Assembly (NCBI GenBank): GCA_020852375.1
Contig: JADZAY010000005.1
Span: 19,814 to 83,813, forward strand
From: Candidatus Yanofskybacteria bacterium
Lineage (GTDB): Bacteria; Patescibacteriota; Minisyncoccia; 2-02-FULL-40-12; GWA2-44-9
Direction of reading: 5' to 3'
DNA length: 64,000 nt
In this document: one piece after another, positions 55,593-64,000 of the stretch
Layout: every line of letters begins with the position of its first letter
Position numbering within the stretch: position 1 is the stretch's first letter
Translations under genes and position numbers: made by a program
The notes under the pieces: generated by a model
What the model saw: only the letters and a program-made list of their open reading frames with translations
Told to the model about the DNA's origin: nothing
The model's database searches: none

Positions 55593-55673
55593 CAGCTTCC
55601 GCCCCGCGCTCTGCGGGGCTTTTATTTTTGGGATTACCTCGCATCCCGCCTCACTTTCTGGTATATACAGAGC

Positions 55674-56081
55674 ATGCATATCACCTCTCGTTTCATTATT
55701 ATCTGCCGCGAAGCATTCCTGACCGCAGGCAGCAATAACCTCAATCTGATCGGCATTTTCACACAGATCAATGCCGACCGGTTTCCGTTCGTGTATCCGC
55801 AGTTCGCGCTTGTGGTGAGTATTGATGTGGACGATGGCGGCACGCATACCATGGAAGCCGATGTGATCGGTCCGGGCGGTGCACGCATTGCGCGTTCCGA
55901 GTTGCCGCTCCAGGCTCGAACCGGGAATATGCAGGTCATCGCGAACTTCGAGCAGATGCAATTCGCTGCGCCTGGAACGTACACGTTCCGCGTCTCGATC
56001 GATGGGACTTCGCTCGGTGAGCGCGCACTTGAGGTGAAACCGGTGATCGCTCCTGGTCCTGAAAAGAACAACCTTGCGTAA
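55674..56081 (+). CDS. hypothetical protein
   Basis: 135 aa; no motif; ends where the dus ORF begins. Confidence 0.4.
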   Translation: MHITSRFIIICREAFLTAGSNNLNLIGIFTQINADRFPFVYPQFALVVSIDVDDGGTHTMEADVIGPGGARIARSELPLQARTGNMQVIANFEQMQFAAPGTYTFRVSIDGTSLGERALEVKPVIAPGPEKNNLA

Positions 56082-57024
56082 TTTTTGGCTCACTCTTCCG
56101 CGGCCGTTCTTCGTGCTCGCGCCCATGGCGGACGTTACCGATGTGCCGTTTCGGTCCATCGTGGTGCAGTGCGGGCGGCCTGATGTGTTCTACACCGAGT
56201 TTGTCTCGGCGCACGGGCTCGCGTCAGCCGGGAGAGAACGGCTCATGCTCGACCTTGCGCTCACTCCGACCGACCATCCGATCGTCGCGCAGTTCTTCGG
56301 GACGGAGCCCGAGCACCTACGCGCCGCCGGTGCCCTTGCGCGGGAGCTTGGATTCGACGGTGTCGATATCAATATGGGCTGTCCCGATCGCGCCATCATG
56401 AGGCAAGGGGCTGGTGCGGCGCTCATCCGCGATCCCGGTCGTGCGAAAGAACTGATTCATGCGATCCGTGAGGGCGCTGGTGATCTGCCGGTGGCGGTAA
56501 AGACGCGGCTCGGTCTCCGGAGTATAAGCGAGATGAATGTCTGGATCCCCGAAGTCCTTTCTGCGAAGCCCGATGTGCTTGTGGTGCACGGCAGAACCGT
56601 TGCGGAGATGAGCAAAGTCCCTGCGCATTGGGATCTCATCGGCCAGGTGGCGAGCATGGCTCGTGACGCCGATATCTTGTGCGTCGGGAATGGTGACGTG
56701 ATGAGCCGGGCGCAGGGGCTTGCATGTGCTGCGGAGTCGGGCGTTGACGGCATCATGGTCGGACGCGGCATTTTCCACGATCCCTGGCTCTTTGCGGGTC
56801 ACACAGCGCCGAAGAGCCCGCGTGAGCGGCTTCAGCTGTTGCTCGACCACACGGATGCGTGGGTCGCGCACTGGGGCGGCGTCAAATCGTTCGACCTCAT
56901 GAAAAAGTTCTACAAAGTCTATGTGTCCGGCTGGGACGGCGCCGCCCATCTCCGCGCTCGGCTCATGGAGGCGAGGGACCCTGAAACGGTGCGAGCAGTG
57001 GTCGCGGAAAGTGGTATGCTCTAG
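56074..57024 (+). CDS. dus: tRNA-dihydrouridine synthase
   Basis: LAPMADVTDVPFR, GFDGVDINMGCP (catalytic Cys), the FMN-binding TIM-barrel pattern and a C-terminal helical domain. Start ambiguous (TTG 56074, GTG 56110 or ATG 56126). Confidence 0.8.
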   Translation: MRNFWLTLPRPFFVLAPMADVTDVPFRSIVVQCGRPDVFYTEFVSAHGLASAGRERLMLDLALTPTDHPIVAQFFGTEPEHLRAAGALARELGFDGVDINMGCPDRAIMRQGAGAALIRDPGRAKELIHAIREGAGDLPVAVKTRLGLRSISEMNVWIPEVLSAKPDVLVVHGRTVAEMSKVPAHWDLIGQVASMARDADILCVGNGDVMSRAQGLACAAESGVDGIMVGRGIFHDPWLFAGHTAPKSPRERLQLLLDHTDAWVAHWGGVKSFDLMKKFYKVYVSGWDGAAHLRARLMEARDPETVRAVVAESGML

Positions 57025-57026
57025 CC

Positions 57027-60005
57027 ATGCCGACCTCATCGGAATTTGAGCGACGGTACGAGGCGCTGAATCCCCGGCAACGGGAGGCCGTTGATGCGGT
57101 CGAGGGGCCGGTCATGGTCATTGCCGGACCCGGTACAGGGAAGACGGCTATTCTCACGCTCCGCATCGCCAACATCATGCGCCACGGAACTGAGCCGGAA
57201 GCGATCCTTGCGCTTACCTATACCGTAAACGCTGCGGTGGAAATGCAGCAGCGGCTAGCTACCATTGTCGGTGCTGCGGCATATCGCATCACGGCAGTGA
57301 CGTTCCATGGACTGTGCGAGAAGATTATTCGCGATCACGAGGACCGTTTTGCCGATCTAGCGGGGCGACGTGTTGCGGATGCAGCGGATCGGCGCCGTAT
57401 CATGGAGCGCCTCTTTGCGGATGCGCCCTACCTCGATCTTCTCGGCGGATTTGGCGATGATCCATACTACATCGACCCCGCGCTGCAAACGATTGAGGAA
57501 CTCAAGCGCGAAGGAGTGAGTCCTGAGCGACTCACTGAGCTGGTCGCGGCCGAGCGAATTGCTATTGCTGAAAATCCGGAGAATATCAGTTCCCGAGGAG
57601 CGACCAAAGGCCAACTCAAGGCAGATGCGAAGCTGTCACTTGAGCGTATGGATCGTTTGGATGAGTTGGTGTTGCTGTACCGCGACTACGAACGCGTGCT
57701 GGCAGCGGAGGGACTCTACGACTACAGCGATATGCTCACTCGTGTCTGTGCCGCATTGGAGCATGACGAGCTGCTCCGGCTGGCAGTTCAGGAGCGGTTT
57801 CAATATATTCTCGTTGACGAGCACCAAGATACGAATACGGTGCAGAATCGAATCATCGAACTCATTGCGCAGTTCTATGATTCACCGGATCTCTTTATCG
57901 TAGGCGATGAGAAGCAGGCTATCTATCGTTTCCAAGGGGCATCGCTCGATAACTTCCTCTACTTCAAGGATCGTTTCCGCGGAGTTCGTCTCATCGTACT
58001 TACCGAAAACTACCGTTCTAGTCAGCGCATTCTCGATGTCGCACACGAAGTTCGGCCGTCACATGAGCCGCTTACTGCACGGGCAGGGCATGCTGATGCG
58101 CCGATCGGGCTTGTGGCGGTTGCCACGCCGGACCTCCAGCACTACGCTGTTGGGCGCATGATCCAAGATCGGATAGCCGACGGCACCCAACCGGGAGAGA
58201 TTGCCGTGCTGTATCGACGGAATAGTGACGGTCAAGAACTCGCCGGCATGCTTGCGCGGATGGGCGTTCCGTACAGCATCGACGCCTCGCTCGACCTCTT
58301 GGACGACCCGGATATCTTCCGCCTTCTTTTGCTTCTTGAAGCGATCCGCGAGTACGGTGTACCCGGCCCGCTTTATGAGGCGCTCCACGTACCGTGGCTC
58401 GGTGTTCTTCCTTTAGATCTCTATAAGCTGAATTGGTTCTGTGGACATGTTCGTAATCCTTATGATGTTATTGCGAGCACGCCACTGATGCGCGAGGCGC
58501 ACCTTACCGAGCCTGAGCGTTTGGTGACACTCTCACATCGCTTGGCGGGGTGGCATGCGCTTGCAAAGCACGAAAACCCGGCTCGTACATTGGAGACGAT
58601 ACTCGAGGAATCCGGATGTCTCGCCGCATTCCTCGCTCACCCGGAGAGCCAGCAAAAGCTGGCCCGCCTTCACTCCATGTATGATATCGCCCGCGACCTC
58701 GTTCGAACTGATCGCCAGGCGACCCTTCTCGATTTCGTGGATCGTATTCGCTACATACGCGACAAAGGGATTCGCCTTCAGATGCGCACCACGGTCGTTC
58801 CCGGTCGCGTTCGTCTCATGACGGCTCACAGCGCAAAGGGGTTGGAATTTGATTCTGTATTCCTCATCGATTGCTACGAAAAACATTGGCCGTCACCACG
58901 GCGTGGATCCCCATTGGCGCTTCCTGCATCGGTGTATCGGCTCCGCCCGGTCGCCCAGACTGATGACGCCGAAGCGGAGGAGCGGAACTTGTTCTTTGTC
59001 GCGCTCACGCGTGCTCGAAAGAATGCTGTAATCTGCTGGCCCACGCACGATCAACAGGGCAAAGAGCTTACTCCGAGCCGCTTCATCGAACTGCTCTCGC
59101 CGGATATGGTGGAAACGGTGGACATGAAGGCGGTCGAGCGCAACTATGCGGAACAGCAATACATTCGACTCACTCCGCTGCCTGCCCGCCAGCCCGAGAT
59201 CGCTGACCGGGAGTACTTGAGAGATCGATTTTTGCAGCAAGGACTTTCCGCAACTGGTCTCAACAACTACCTTGCCTGCCCGTGGAAGTACTTCTATCGC
59301 AACCTCGTGCGTATCCCGGAGGCGCCAAGCGCCCCACTGATGTACGGGAGCGCCGTCGATCGAGCACTTGAGCGCTTCTTCAACGCCCGAGATGCAGGGG
59401 AGCCCGTAGTATGTGAAACGCTTCTCGCGTTTTTCCGCGAGGGGGTGCGAGAGCATCCGTTCTCCGGCCGGGATTTCGCGGAGGCAACTGCGAAGGGAGA
59501 GCGTGCGCTCCAGGGTTGGTATGAGCGGCACCATGCAGCATGGCCGATGCGAAGCCGACAGCAGGTTGCCATTTCGGGTATTCCTATTCCCGATACGGGC
59601 GGCGCAACACTAAAGGGCACCCTCGACAAATTGGAGCTGCTCGGTGACAACCGTGTCCGGGTCGTTGATTTCAAGACGGGCCGTTTTAGCAAGGCGAAAA
59701 CGGCATCGGACGGGGACTATGTACGCCAGCTCACATTTTATCGCGCACTCCTCGATCGTTGGCAGGATGGGCGCTTTACCATGACTGAAGGCGCTCTCGA
59801 TTTCATCGATCCCGATGCTCGCGGGACATATCACCGAGTGAGCTTCGACATCACTCAAAAGGACGGCGATGCGCTTGTGGAGCAGGCGGCAGATGTGGCA
59901 CAAAAAATACTTGCGCTCGAATTCTGGAATGCCCGATGCGATGACCCCGACTGTCAGTATTGTCAATTGCGGGAGGGGATGAACGCGTCGGTTGCACCGG
60001 CGTAA
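57027..60005 (+). CDS. UvrD/PcrA-family SF1 helicase fused to a C-terminal RecB/Cas4-type PD-(D/E)xK nuclease domain with a 4-Cys Fe-S signature
   Basis: Walker A AGPGTGKT, helicase motifs (DEHQDTN, VGDEKQAIYRFQGA, TAHSAKGLEFD). Nuclease motifs YLACPWKYFY (N-terminal Cys), GTLDKLELL...VVDFKTG, and the C-terminal CDDPDCQYC triad. Confidence 0.75.
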   Translation: MPTSSEFERRYEALNPRQREAVDAVEGPVMVIAGPGTGKTAILTLRIANIMRHGTEPEAILALTYTVNAAVEMQQRLATIVGAAAYRITAVTFHGLCEKIIRDHEDRFADLAGRRVADAADRRRIMERLFADAPYLDLLGGFGDDPYYIDPALQTIEELKREGVSPERLTELVAAERIAIAENPENISSRGATKGQLKADAKLSLERMDRLDELVLLYRDYERVLAAEGLYDYSDMLTRVCAALEHDELLRLAVQERFQYILVDEHQDTNTVQNRIIELIAQFYDSPDLFIVGDEKQAIYRFQGASLDNFLYFKDRFRGVRLIVLTENYRSSQRILDVAHEVRPSHEPLTARAGHADAPIGLVAVATPDLQHYAVGRMIQDRIADGTQPGEIAVLYRRNSDGQELAGMLARMGVPYSIDASLDLLDDPDIFRLLLLLEAIREYGVPGPLYEALHVPWLGVLPLDLYKLNWFCGHVRNPYDVIASTPLMREAHLTEPERLVTLSHRLAGWHALAKHENPARTLETILEESGCLAAFLAHPESQQKLARLHSMYDIARDLVRTDRQATLLDFVDRIRYIRDKGIRLQMRTTVVPGRVRLMTAHSAKGLEFDSVFLIDCYEKHWPSPRRGSPLALPASVYRLRPVAQTDDAEAEERNLFFVALTRARKNAVICWPTHDQQGKELTPSRFIELLSPDMVETVDMKAVERNYAEQQYIRLTPLPARQPEIADREYLRDRFLQQGLSATGLNNYLACPWKYFYRNLVRIPEAPSAPLMYGSAVDRALERFFNARDAGEPVVCETLLAFFREGVREHPFSGRDFAEATAKGERALQGWYERHHAAWPMRSRQQVAISGIPIPDTGGATLKGTLDKLELLGDNRVRVVDFKTGRFSKAKTASDGDYVRQLTFYRALLDRWQDGRFTMTEGALDFIDPDARGTYHRVSFDITQKDGDALVEQAADVAQKILALEFWNARCDDPDCQYCQLREGMNASVAPA

Positions 60006-60009
60006 AAAA

Positions 60010-60040
60010 AACAACCCCGCGCTAGGCGCGGGGCGGGGAG
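60010..60040. terminator. bidirectional rho-independent terminator
   Basis: AACAACCCCGCGCTAGGCGCGGGGCGGGG sits between convergent genes. Confidence 0.5.
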
Positions 60041-60050
60041 CGGTGAATTA

Positions 60051-60167
60051 CTACTGGGGCGGATTCGCTCGGCACATCTTCTTCTGGATGGGCTTCCGAA
60101 CCAGCGCCCACCACAGGATGCGCATGCCGACCGCGGCGAGCACGACGGCGACGATCCAGCTGGTCAT
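60051..60167 (-). CDS. 38-aa single-TM peptide
   Basis: GGTAAGGAGAACT RBS (rc) then ATG. MTSWIVAVVLAAVGMRILWWALVRKPIQKKMCRANPPQ. Confidence 0.35.
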   Translation of the reverse strand: MTSWIVAVVLAAVGMRILWWALVRKPIQKKMCRANPPQ

Positions 60168-60175
60168 AGTTCTCC

Positions 60176-60382
60176 TTACCGCCGAAGCAGGCCCTGAAGG
60201 CGGGCAGCCTCGGCCTCTTCCTGCTGCCGGCGCACCTTCTCGGCGCGCTCGGTAGTGTAGGTTCGGTGCGCCCAGTTTCGGAGCGCCAGGACGCCGATGA
60301 CGGCTCCCACGATGAGTCGGAACCCAACCACGGCAGTGGTCTTCGCCACGGCGGTCAGACGCTCTTTCGTCGCCTGTTCCAT
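60176..60382 (-). CDS. 68-aa single-TM protein with charged C-terminal tail
   Basis: AGGAGG RBS (rc of 60389-60394) and a consensus promoter just upstream. MEQATKERLTAVAKTTAVVGFRLIVGAVIGVLALRNWAHRTYTTERAEKVRRQQEEAEAARLQGLLRR. Confidence 0.4.
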   Translation of the reverse strand: MEQATKERLTAVAKTTAVVGFRLIVGAVIGVLALRNWAHRTYTTERAEKVRRQQEEAEAARLQGLLRR

Positions 60383-60401
60383 GCCGACCTCCTGTGAGTC
60401 C

Positions 60402-60429
60402 ATTATAGCATATACACACAAAAAGTCAA
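60402..60429 (-). promoter_or_regulatory. sigma70-like promoter TTGACT-N16-TATAAT (minus strand)
   Basis: Reverse complement of 60402-60429: TTGACTTTTTTGTGTGTATATGCTATAAT, about 10 nt upstream of the RBS of the small-protein operon. Confidence 0.4.
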
Positions 60430-60652
60430 CTTTCCACAATAGCGATAGATCTCCTCCGCCGCCATTCACTTCGCCGCAATGCTTCGGAGGGCCGAGGGCT
60501 TGGTTCTGCCGAGGCCCGAGAACTCAAGGACACCGGCGGCCGCCGGAGCCGTCGGATGTCCGGTTGCGCCGAGGTGGATGGCGGCGGAGGAGTGTCAGCC
60601 GTCCACACGGGTAGAGTTGGCGGCTGCCGTGGGGTGCGCTATACTGAATTGC

Positions 60653-62668
60653 GTGAAGATCATCAACGTTCTCAAGGACGACTCGCTTGCCGACATTCTC
60701 GACATCTTTCGGCAGGCACCCGCTGGGGAGGTCATTCTCGTGCTGCCGCGCGTCGGAAAGCTTTTTCGGACCGAAGATCACTTTGCCGCTTTTGCATCCG
60801 AAGCATCCCAGGGGGGCAAGACGGTCTCTCTTCTCACAGGCAACCCCACGACCGCGCAGCTTGCGCGAAAGTTCGGTTTTGCGGTGATGGCCTCGAATGC
60901 CACGAAAAAACCCACTTCAAAGAAGAAGACGAAAGCGGCTCCCAAGGCTCAGCTGGCAACCGCACCATTTCCGGGCGATCCTGATGTTCAGGATTTTGGC
61001 GACAATGCCGACCTCGGCGATGTCGTCCTGCCGTCGGATCAGACCATGGGCTCAACACCGAGTGATGCTGACGAGGTCGACCCGCTGCACGGGATGACGC
61101 TGCTCGACGAAGAAGGGAATCCGGTTGATGAGAATGAGGATGGTGAGCCGGACCAGCCCGATAATGAAGATCTTATGATCGGCGACGACGCCGAATTGAT
61201 GGCGAGTGACGGTTCCGCTCCGACCGCAACGCTTGCGGCTTCGGTCGACGGTGTCCGGCAGGGAGCTGCCCGCAAGAACATCACCCCATCGGCACGCGCC
61301 GAGCGGCCCACGAAAGTTCCGGTACAGCGTTCTGCCGCTCGGGATGACCTCGATTATATCGACGCAATGTGGCGCGATAAGATCGGTCGTGCAGCAGCGC
61401 GTCCGCTGCCCGCAGCGCGTTTTGGGTCGCGTATTCCTTCTTTCTTCGCCAAGATGACCCGCATGACCGGCAGGTCGCTGGGGAGCGTCTCAGCGTCCAA
61501 GAAGATCGCGGCCGGCATGCTCGGCGGGGCGATCATTATCCTTGGTGCCGTCGTATACCTCGTGACCGGTTCTGCGAACGTTCGCATCGTCCCGGTTGCC
61601 CATTCTGTGGATGCGCAGTACACCGTTCAGGCGTCCGACGTCTTTTCGACCATCGATGACACGTTCCTCAAAATTCCCGGCCAGCTCCTTGAGGTGAGCA
61701 AAACACAGTCCGCAACCATCTCTGCCAGCGGCATGCGCGATGTCGCCTCCAAAGCACGCGGCACCATCACGATCTCCAACGAATACTCCTCGTCGCCGCA
61801 GACGCTGGTTGCAACGACGCGATTCCGCGCAGAGGATGGACACATTTTCCGAACGCTCCAGTCGGTAGTGGTTCCGGGGAGCACGCTGGTAGCGGGAAAG
61901 TCCGTCCCGGGAACCGTTCGAGTCGAGGTCATCGCGGATAAACCGGGTCCCGAATACAACGTCCCCGCCGGAACGTTCACGATCGCCGCCTTCCTTGAGA
62001 AGGGCGATACCGAAAAAGCGAAAAAACTGTACGGCACCTCCTCGCAAGCGATGTCTGGCGGTGCGAGCGGCCCATCGAAGGTCGTAACGCAAGCCGACTA
62101 CGACCAGGCGAAATCCCTTGCAACGGCCGGCGTGAAGGAACAGATCAAAGCCGCGCTTGCCGCGCAGGGCGGAGGACTGCTCGTCATTCAGGCGGACGCT
62201 CCGGCATTCAACGAGGCGCAGTCGACCGCCAAACCCGATGATGCTGCCGATGCCGTCACCGTTACCATGTCTGCACGCCTGAAGACGATCGCGTTCCGCG
62301 AGTCGGATCTGCACGAGCTCATCCGACGATTTTCGCTGAAGAAGGACCGGCTGGTCGTCGATCCCGCCCGCCTTGCGATCACATACGGCGACGTCCAATT
62401 CAAAGAAGATATGGGCATCCTGAGTTTCACCCTGGCGCTGACAGGTTCCGGATATCAGCCACTCGATATTGAGGCGATCCAGAAGGATGTGGCTGGGAAG
62501 AAGAGCGCCGGAATTCGCGAGTATTTCCAAGGCAAAGCCGAAGTCCAGTCAGCGACCGCAACGCTTTCGCCGTTCTGGGTGCGCACCGCTCCCAAAAATC
62601 CGGCCCGTATTCGTGTCGACATCGTCTTCCCTGAGGATGGGTCCCCGGCACCCGAGGAATCCCGTTGA
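60653..62668 (+). CDS. large hypothetical protein: conserved N-terminal ~120-aa domain, acidic low-complexity linker, single TM helix, ~350-aa extracytoplasmic domain
   Basis: 671 aa from the GTG at 60653 (a TATACT -10-like box 8 nt upstream, possibly leaderless). The D/E-rich segment lies at about residues 150-260. TM helix GMLGGAIIILGAVVYLV. Confidence 0.45.
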   Translation: MKIINVLKDDSLADILDIFRQAPAGEVILVLPRVGKLFRTEDHFAAFASEASQGGKTVSLLTGNPTTAQLARKFGFAVMASNATKKPTSKKKTKAAPKAQLATAPFPGDPDVQDFGDNADLGDVVLPSDQTMGSTPSDADEVDPLHGMTLLDEEGNPVDENEDGEPDQPDNEDLMIGDDAELMASDGSAPTATLAASVDGVRQGAARKNITPSARAERPTKVPVQRSAARDDLDYIDAMWRDKIGRAAARPLPAARFGSRIPSFFAKMTRMTGRSLGSVSASKKIAAGMLGGAIIILGAVVYLVTGSANVRIVPVAHSVDAQYTVQASDVFSTIDDTFLKIPGQLLEVSKTQSATISASGMRDVASKARGTITISNEYSSSPQTLVATTRFRAEDGHIFRTLQSVVVPGSTLVAGKSVPGTVRVEVIADKPGPEYNVPAGTFTIAAFLEKGDTEKAKKLYGTSSQAMSGGASGPSKVVTQADYDQAKSLATAGVKEQIKAALAAQGGGLLVIQADAPAFNEAQSTAKPDDAADAVTVTMSARLKTIAFRESDLHELIRRFSLKKDRLVVDPARLAITYGDVQFKEDMGILSFTLALTGSGYQPLDIEAIQKDVAGKKSAGIREYFQGKAEVQSATATLSPFWVRTAPKNPARIRVDIVFPEDGSPAPEESR

Positions 62669-62749
62669 CAGCCGAGGAGGGGTTTGCTATCATGGACGAG
62701 CTTTGTTGCCATGGCCTGAGTGCTTTGGCACGGCCTTTTCCAAGCACCC

Positions 62750-62962
62750 TTGAGCGACCAGAACAAGCAAAAAGTCATCGGCATCGTCATTGAGGCGTTG
62801 CCTGACGCCACATTTCGTGTCCAGCTGGACGACGGAACGGTTGTGCTGGCCTATTTGGCCGGCCGTATGCGCCTTCACTATGTGAAGGTTATGGTGAGCG
62901 ATCGGGTCACGCTCGAACTGAGTCCCGACCGGACTCGAGGGCGTATCGTATATCGGAATTGA
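62750..62962 (+). CDS. infA: translation initiation factor IF-1
   Basis: TTG start gives (M)SDQNKQKVIGIVIEALPDATFRVQLDDGTVVLAYLAGRMR...RIVYRN, an S1-like OB fold; 71 aa. Confidence 0.8.
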   Translation: MSDQNKQKVIGIVIEALPDATFRVQLDDGTVVLAYLAGRMRLHYVKVMVSDRVTLELSPDRTRGRIVYRN

Positions 62963-62974
62963 TCATATTCAGTC

Positions 62975-63088
62975 GTGAAGGTCCGTGCATCTGTAAAACC
63001 AATGTGCAAGAACTGCAAACTCGTACGGCGCAAGAAGCGCTTGTATTGTGTGTGCAAGATCGCCAAGCACAAGCAGCGTCAGGGCTAA
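62975..63088 (+). CDS. rpmJ: 50S ribosomal protein L36
   Basis: GTG start gives (M)[36 protein letters not shown], the C-x2-C-x12-C-x-C zinc-ribbon of bL36. Missed by the ORF track because it is under 60 aa. Confidence 0.8.
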   Translation: MKVRASVKPMCKNCKLVRRKKRLYCVCKIAKHKQRQG

Positions 63089-63106
63089 CATCCACGACCA
63101 CTCACT

Positions 63107-63493
63107 ATGCCACGCATTTTCGGTGTCACCATTCCCGATAATAAGAAGATCCTCTACTCTTTGCCGTACCTGTACGGCATCGGCCTGACGACTGCAGGGG
63201 TCATTCTGAAGAGCGCGGGGATCGATCCGAACAAGAAGGCAAGCGAGCTTTCGGGCGAAGAGCTCGGTAAGATCCAAAAGATCATCGAGCGTGCATACAA
63301 GATCGAGGGAGATCTTCGCAAGGAGATCAGCTCGAACATTAAGCACTACCGCGAGACGGGAACGTGGCGTGGTTCGCGGCTTGCTCGCCGTCTGCCGGTG
63401 AAGGGTCGCAGCAAGACCAACAGCCGCACGACCCGCGGGAATGTTCGCAAGACGATGGGTTCTGGCCGCGCAAAGGCAGCTGAAAAGACATGA
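63107..63493 (+). CDS. rpsM: 30S ribosomal protein S13
   Basis: MPRIFGVTIPDNKKILYSLPYLYGIG... canonical S13 N-terminus; 128 aa. Confidence 0.9.
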   Translation: MPRIFGVTIPDNKKILYSLPYLYGIGLTTAGVILKSAGIDPNKKASELSGEELGKIQKIIERAYKIEGDLRKEISSNIKHYRETGTWRGSRLARRLPVKGRSKTNSRTTRGNVRKTMGSGRAKAAEKT

Positions 63494-63501
63494 TCTGAAC
63501 C

Positions 63502-63939
63502 ATGGGAAAACGGACTATCATCACAAAGGAAGGGGAATCAGCTGCACCCGAAGCCGCGGCAGCTCCCGCAGCCCGCAAAGGCGCCAAGAAGCAGGTGCTC
63601 AACGGTGTCGTGCACATCAATATTTCATACAACAACACGCTCATTGCCGTGTCTGATCTGGCAGGCAATGTGATCGCATTCTCCAGCGCAGGGCTGCTCG
63701 GATTCAAGGGAAGCAAGAAGTCCACTCCGTATGCCGCAAGCCTGGTCGCGAAGGATGCGGTTGAGAAGGCGAAACGGTTCGGCCTCATGAACGTTCGCAT
63801 CGTCGTGAAGGGAGTTGGTCCTGCTCGCGAGAGCGCGGTCCGCAGTGTTGCCGGAACGGGTTTAAATATCACGGCTTTGATGGACTCGACGCCGGTGCCA
63901 CACAACGGAGTGAAGTCACCGAAGCCTCGCCGCATCTAG
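63502..63939 (+). CDS. rpsK: 30S ribosomal protein S11
   Basis: GVVHINISYNNTLIAVSDLAGNVIAFSSAG...TPYAA canonical S11 core; 145 aa. Confidence 0.9.
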   Translation: MGKRTIITKEGESAAPEAAAAPAARKGAKKQVLNGVVHINISYNNTLIAVSDLAGNVIAFSSAGLLGFKGSKKSTPYAASLVAKDAVEKAKRFGLMNVRIVVKGVGPARESAVRSVAGTGLNITALMDSTPVPHNGVKSPKPRRI

Positions 63940-63951
63940 CATTTTGTACAC

Positions 63952-64000
63952 ATGGCACGCTATCTCGGACCAAAAGAAAAGATCGAACGACGCCTGGGCG
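63952..64000 (+). CDS. rpsD: 30S ribosomal protein S4 (5' fragment, truncated by the window end)
   Basis: MARYLGPKEKIERRLG is the conserved S4 N-terminus. Gene order rpmJ-rpsM-rpsK-rpsD is canonical. Confidence 0.7.
   Translation, partial: MARYLGPKEKIERRLG

Noticed and set aside
1-64000. CRISPR arrays, rRNA genes, IS/transposase or integrase genes
   Set aside because: No regularly spaced short direct repeats, no rRNA-like conserved blocks, and no transposase or integrase catalytic motifs (DDE, R-H-R-Y) were recognised in any frame.

Overview
The window reads as a high-GC (~60-65%) bacterial chromosome segment with small, tightly packed genes. Translation is often coupled through ATGA/GTGA overlaps, AGGAGG-type RBSs are strong, and there are many GC-hairpin/T-run terminators. 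Housekeeping genes: dut, msrB, mnmA, rny (RNase Y), hup (HU), a class A PBP, corA, an M3 peptidase, class-2 pyrD, dksA-like, a short alaS (589 aa, no C-Ala domain), dus, and infA-rpmJ-rpsM-rpsK-rpsD at the right end. tRNA genes: Gly(TCC), Pro(TGG), Arg(TCT) and His(GTG, with encoded G-1). Accessory or unusual content, left to right: (i) a Pnc1-type nicotinamidase, a vWA protein and an NrtR-like Nudix regulator. (ii) A two-gene module of a HybA/NrfC-like 4x[4Fe-4S] protein and an NrfD-like membrane protein carrying a C-terminal triheme (3x CxxCH) cytochrome c, with no catalytic partner nearby; this is the best candidate for an undescribed respiratory element. (iii) A copper cluster of an HMA-permease-cupredoxin fusion, a small cupredoxin-like protein and CopA P1B-ATPase. 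(iv) Type-II NADH dehydrogenase, and a DsbA-VKOR-DsbA cluster. (v) A polyproline-linked tandem-domain lipoprotein. (vi) Two SLT-like lytic-transglycosylase-domain proteins. (vii) A UvrD-helicase/Cas4-type Fe-S nuclease fusion. (viii) Several tRNA-end fragments, direct repeats and small peptide operons that look like integration scars or novel small-gene loci. Gene content (RNase Y, short AlaRS, many tiny ORFs) suggests a reduced-genome lineage, possibly a high-GC Candidate Phyla Radiation (CPR) member; this is an inference only. No CRISPR array, rRNA or obvious transposase was seen. Many long ORFs antisense to real genes are GC-driven artefacts and were not called.
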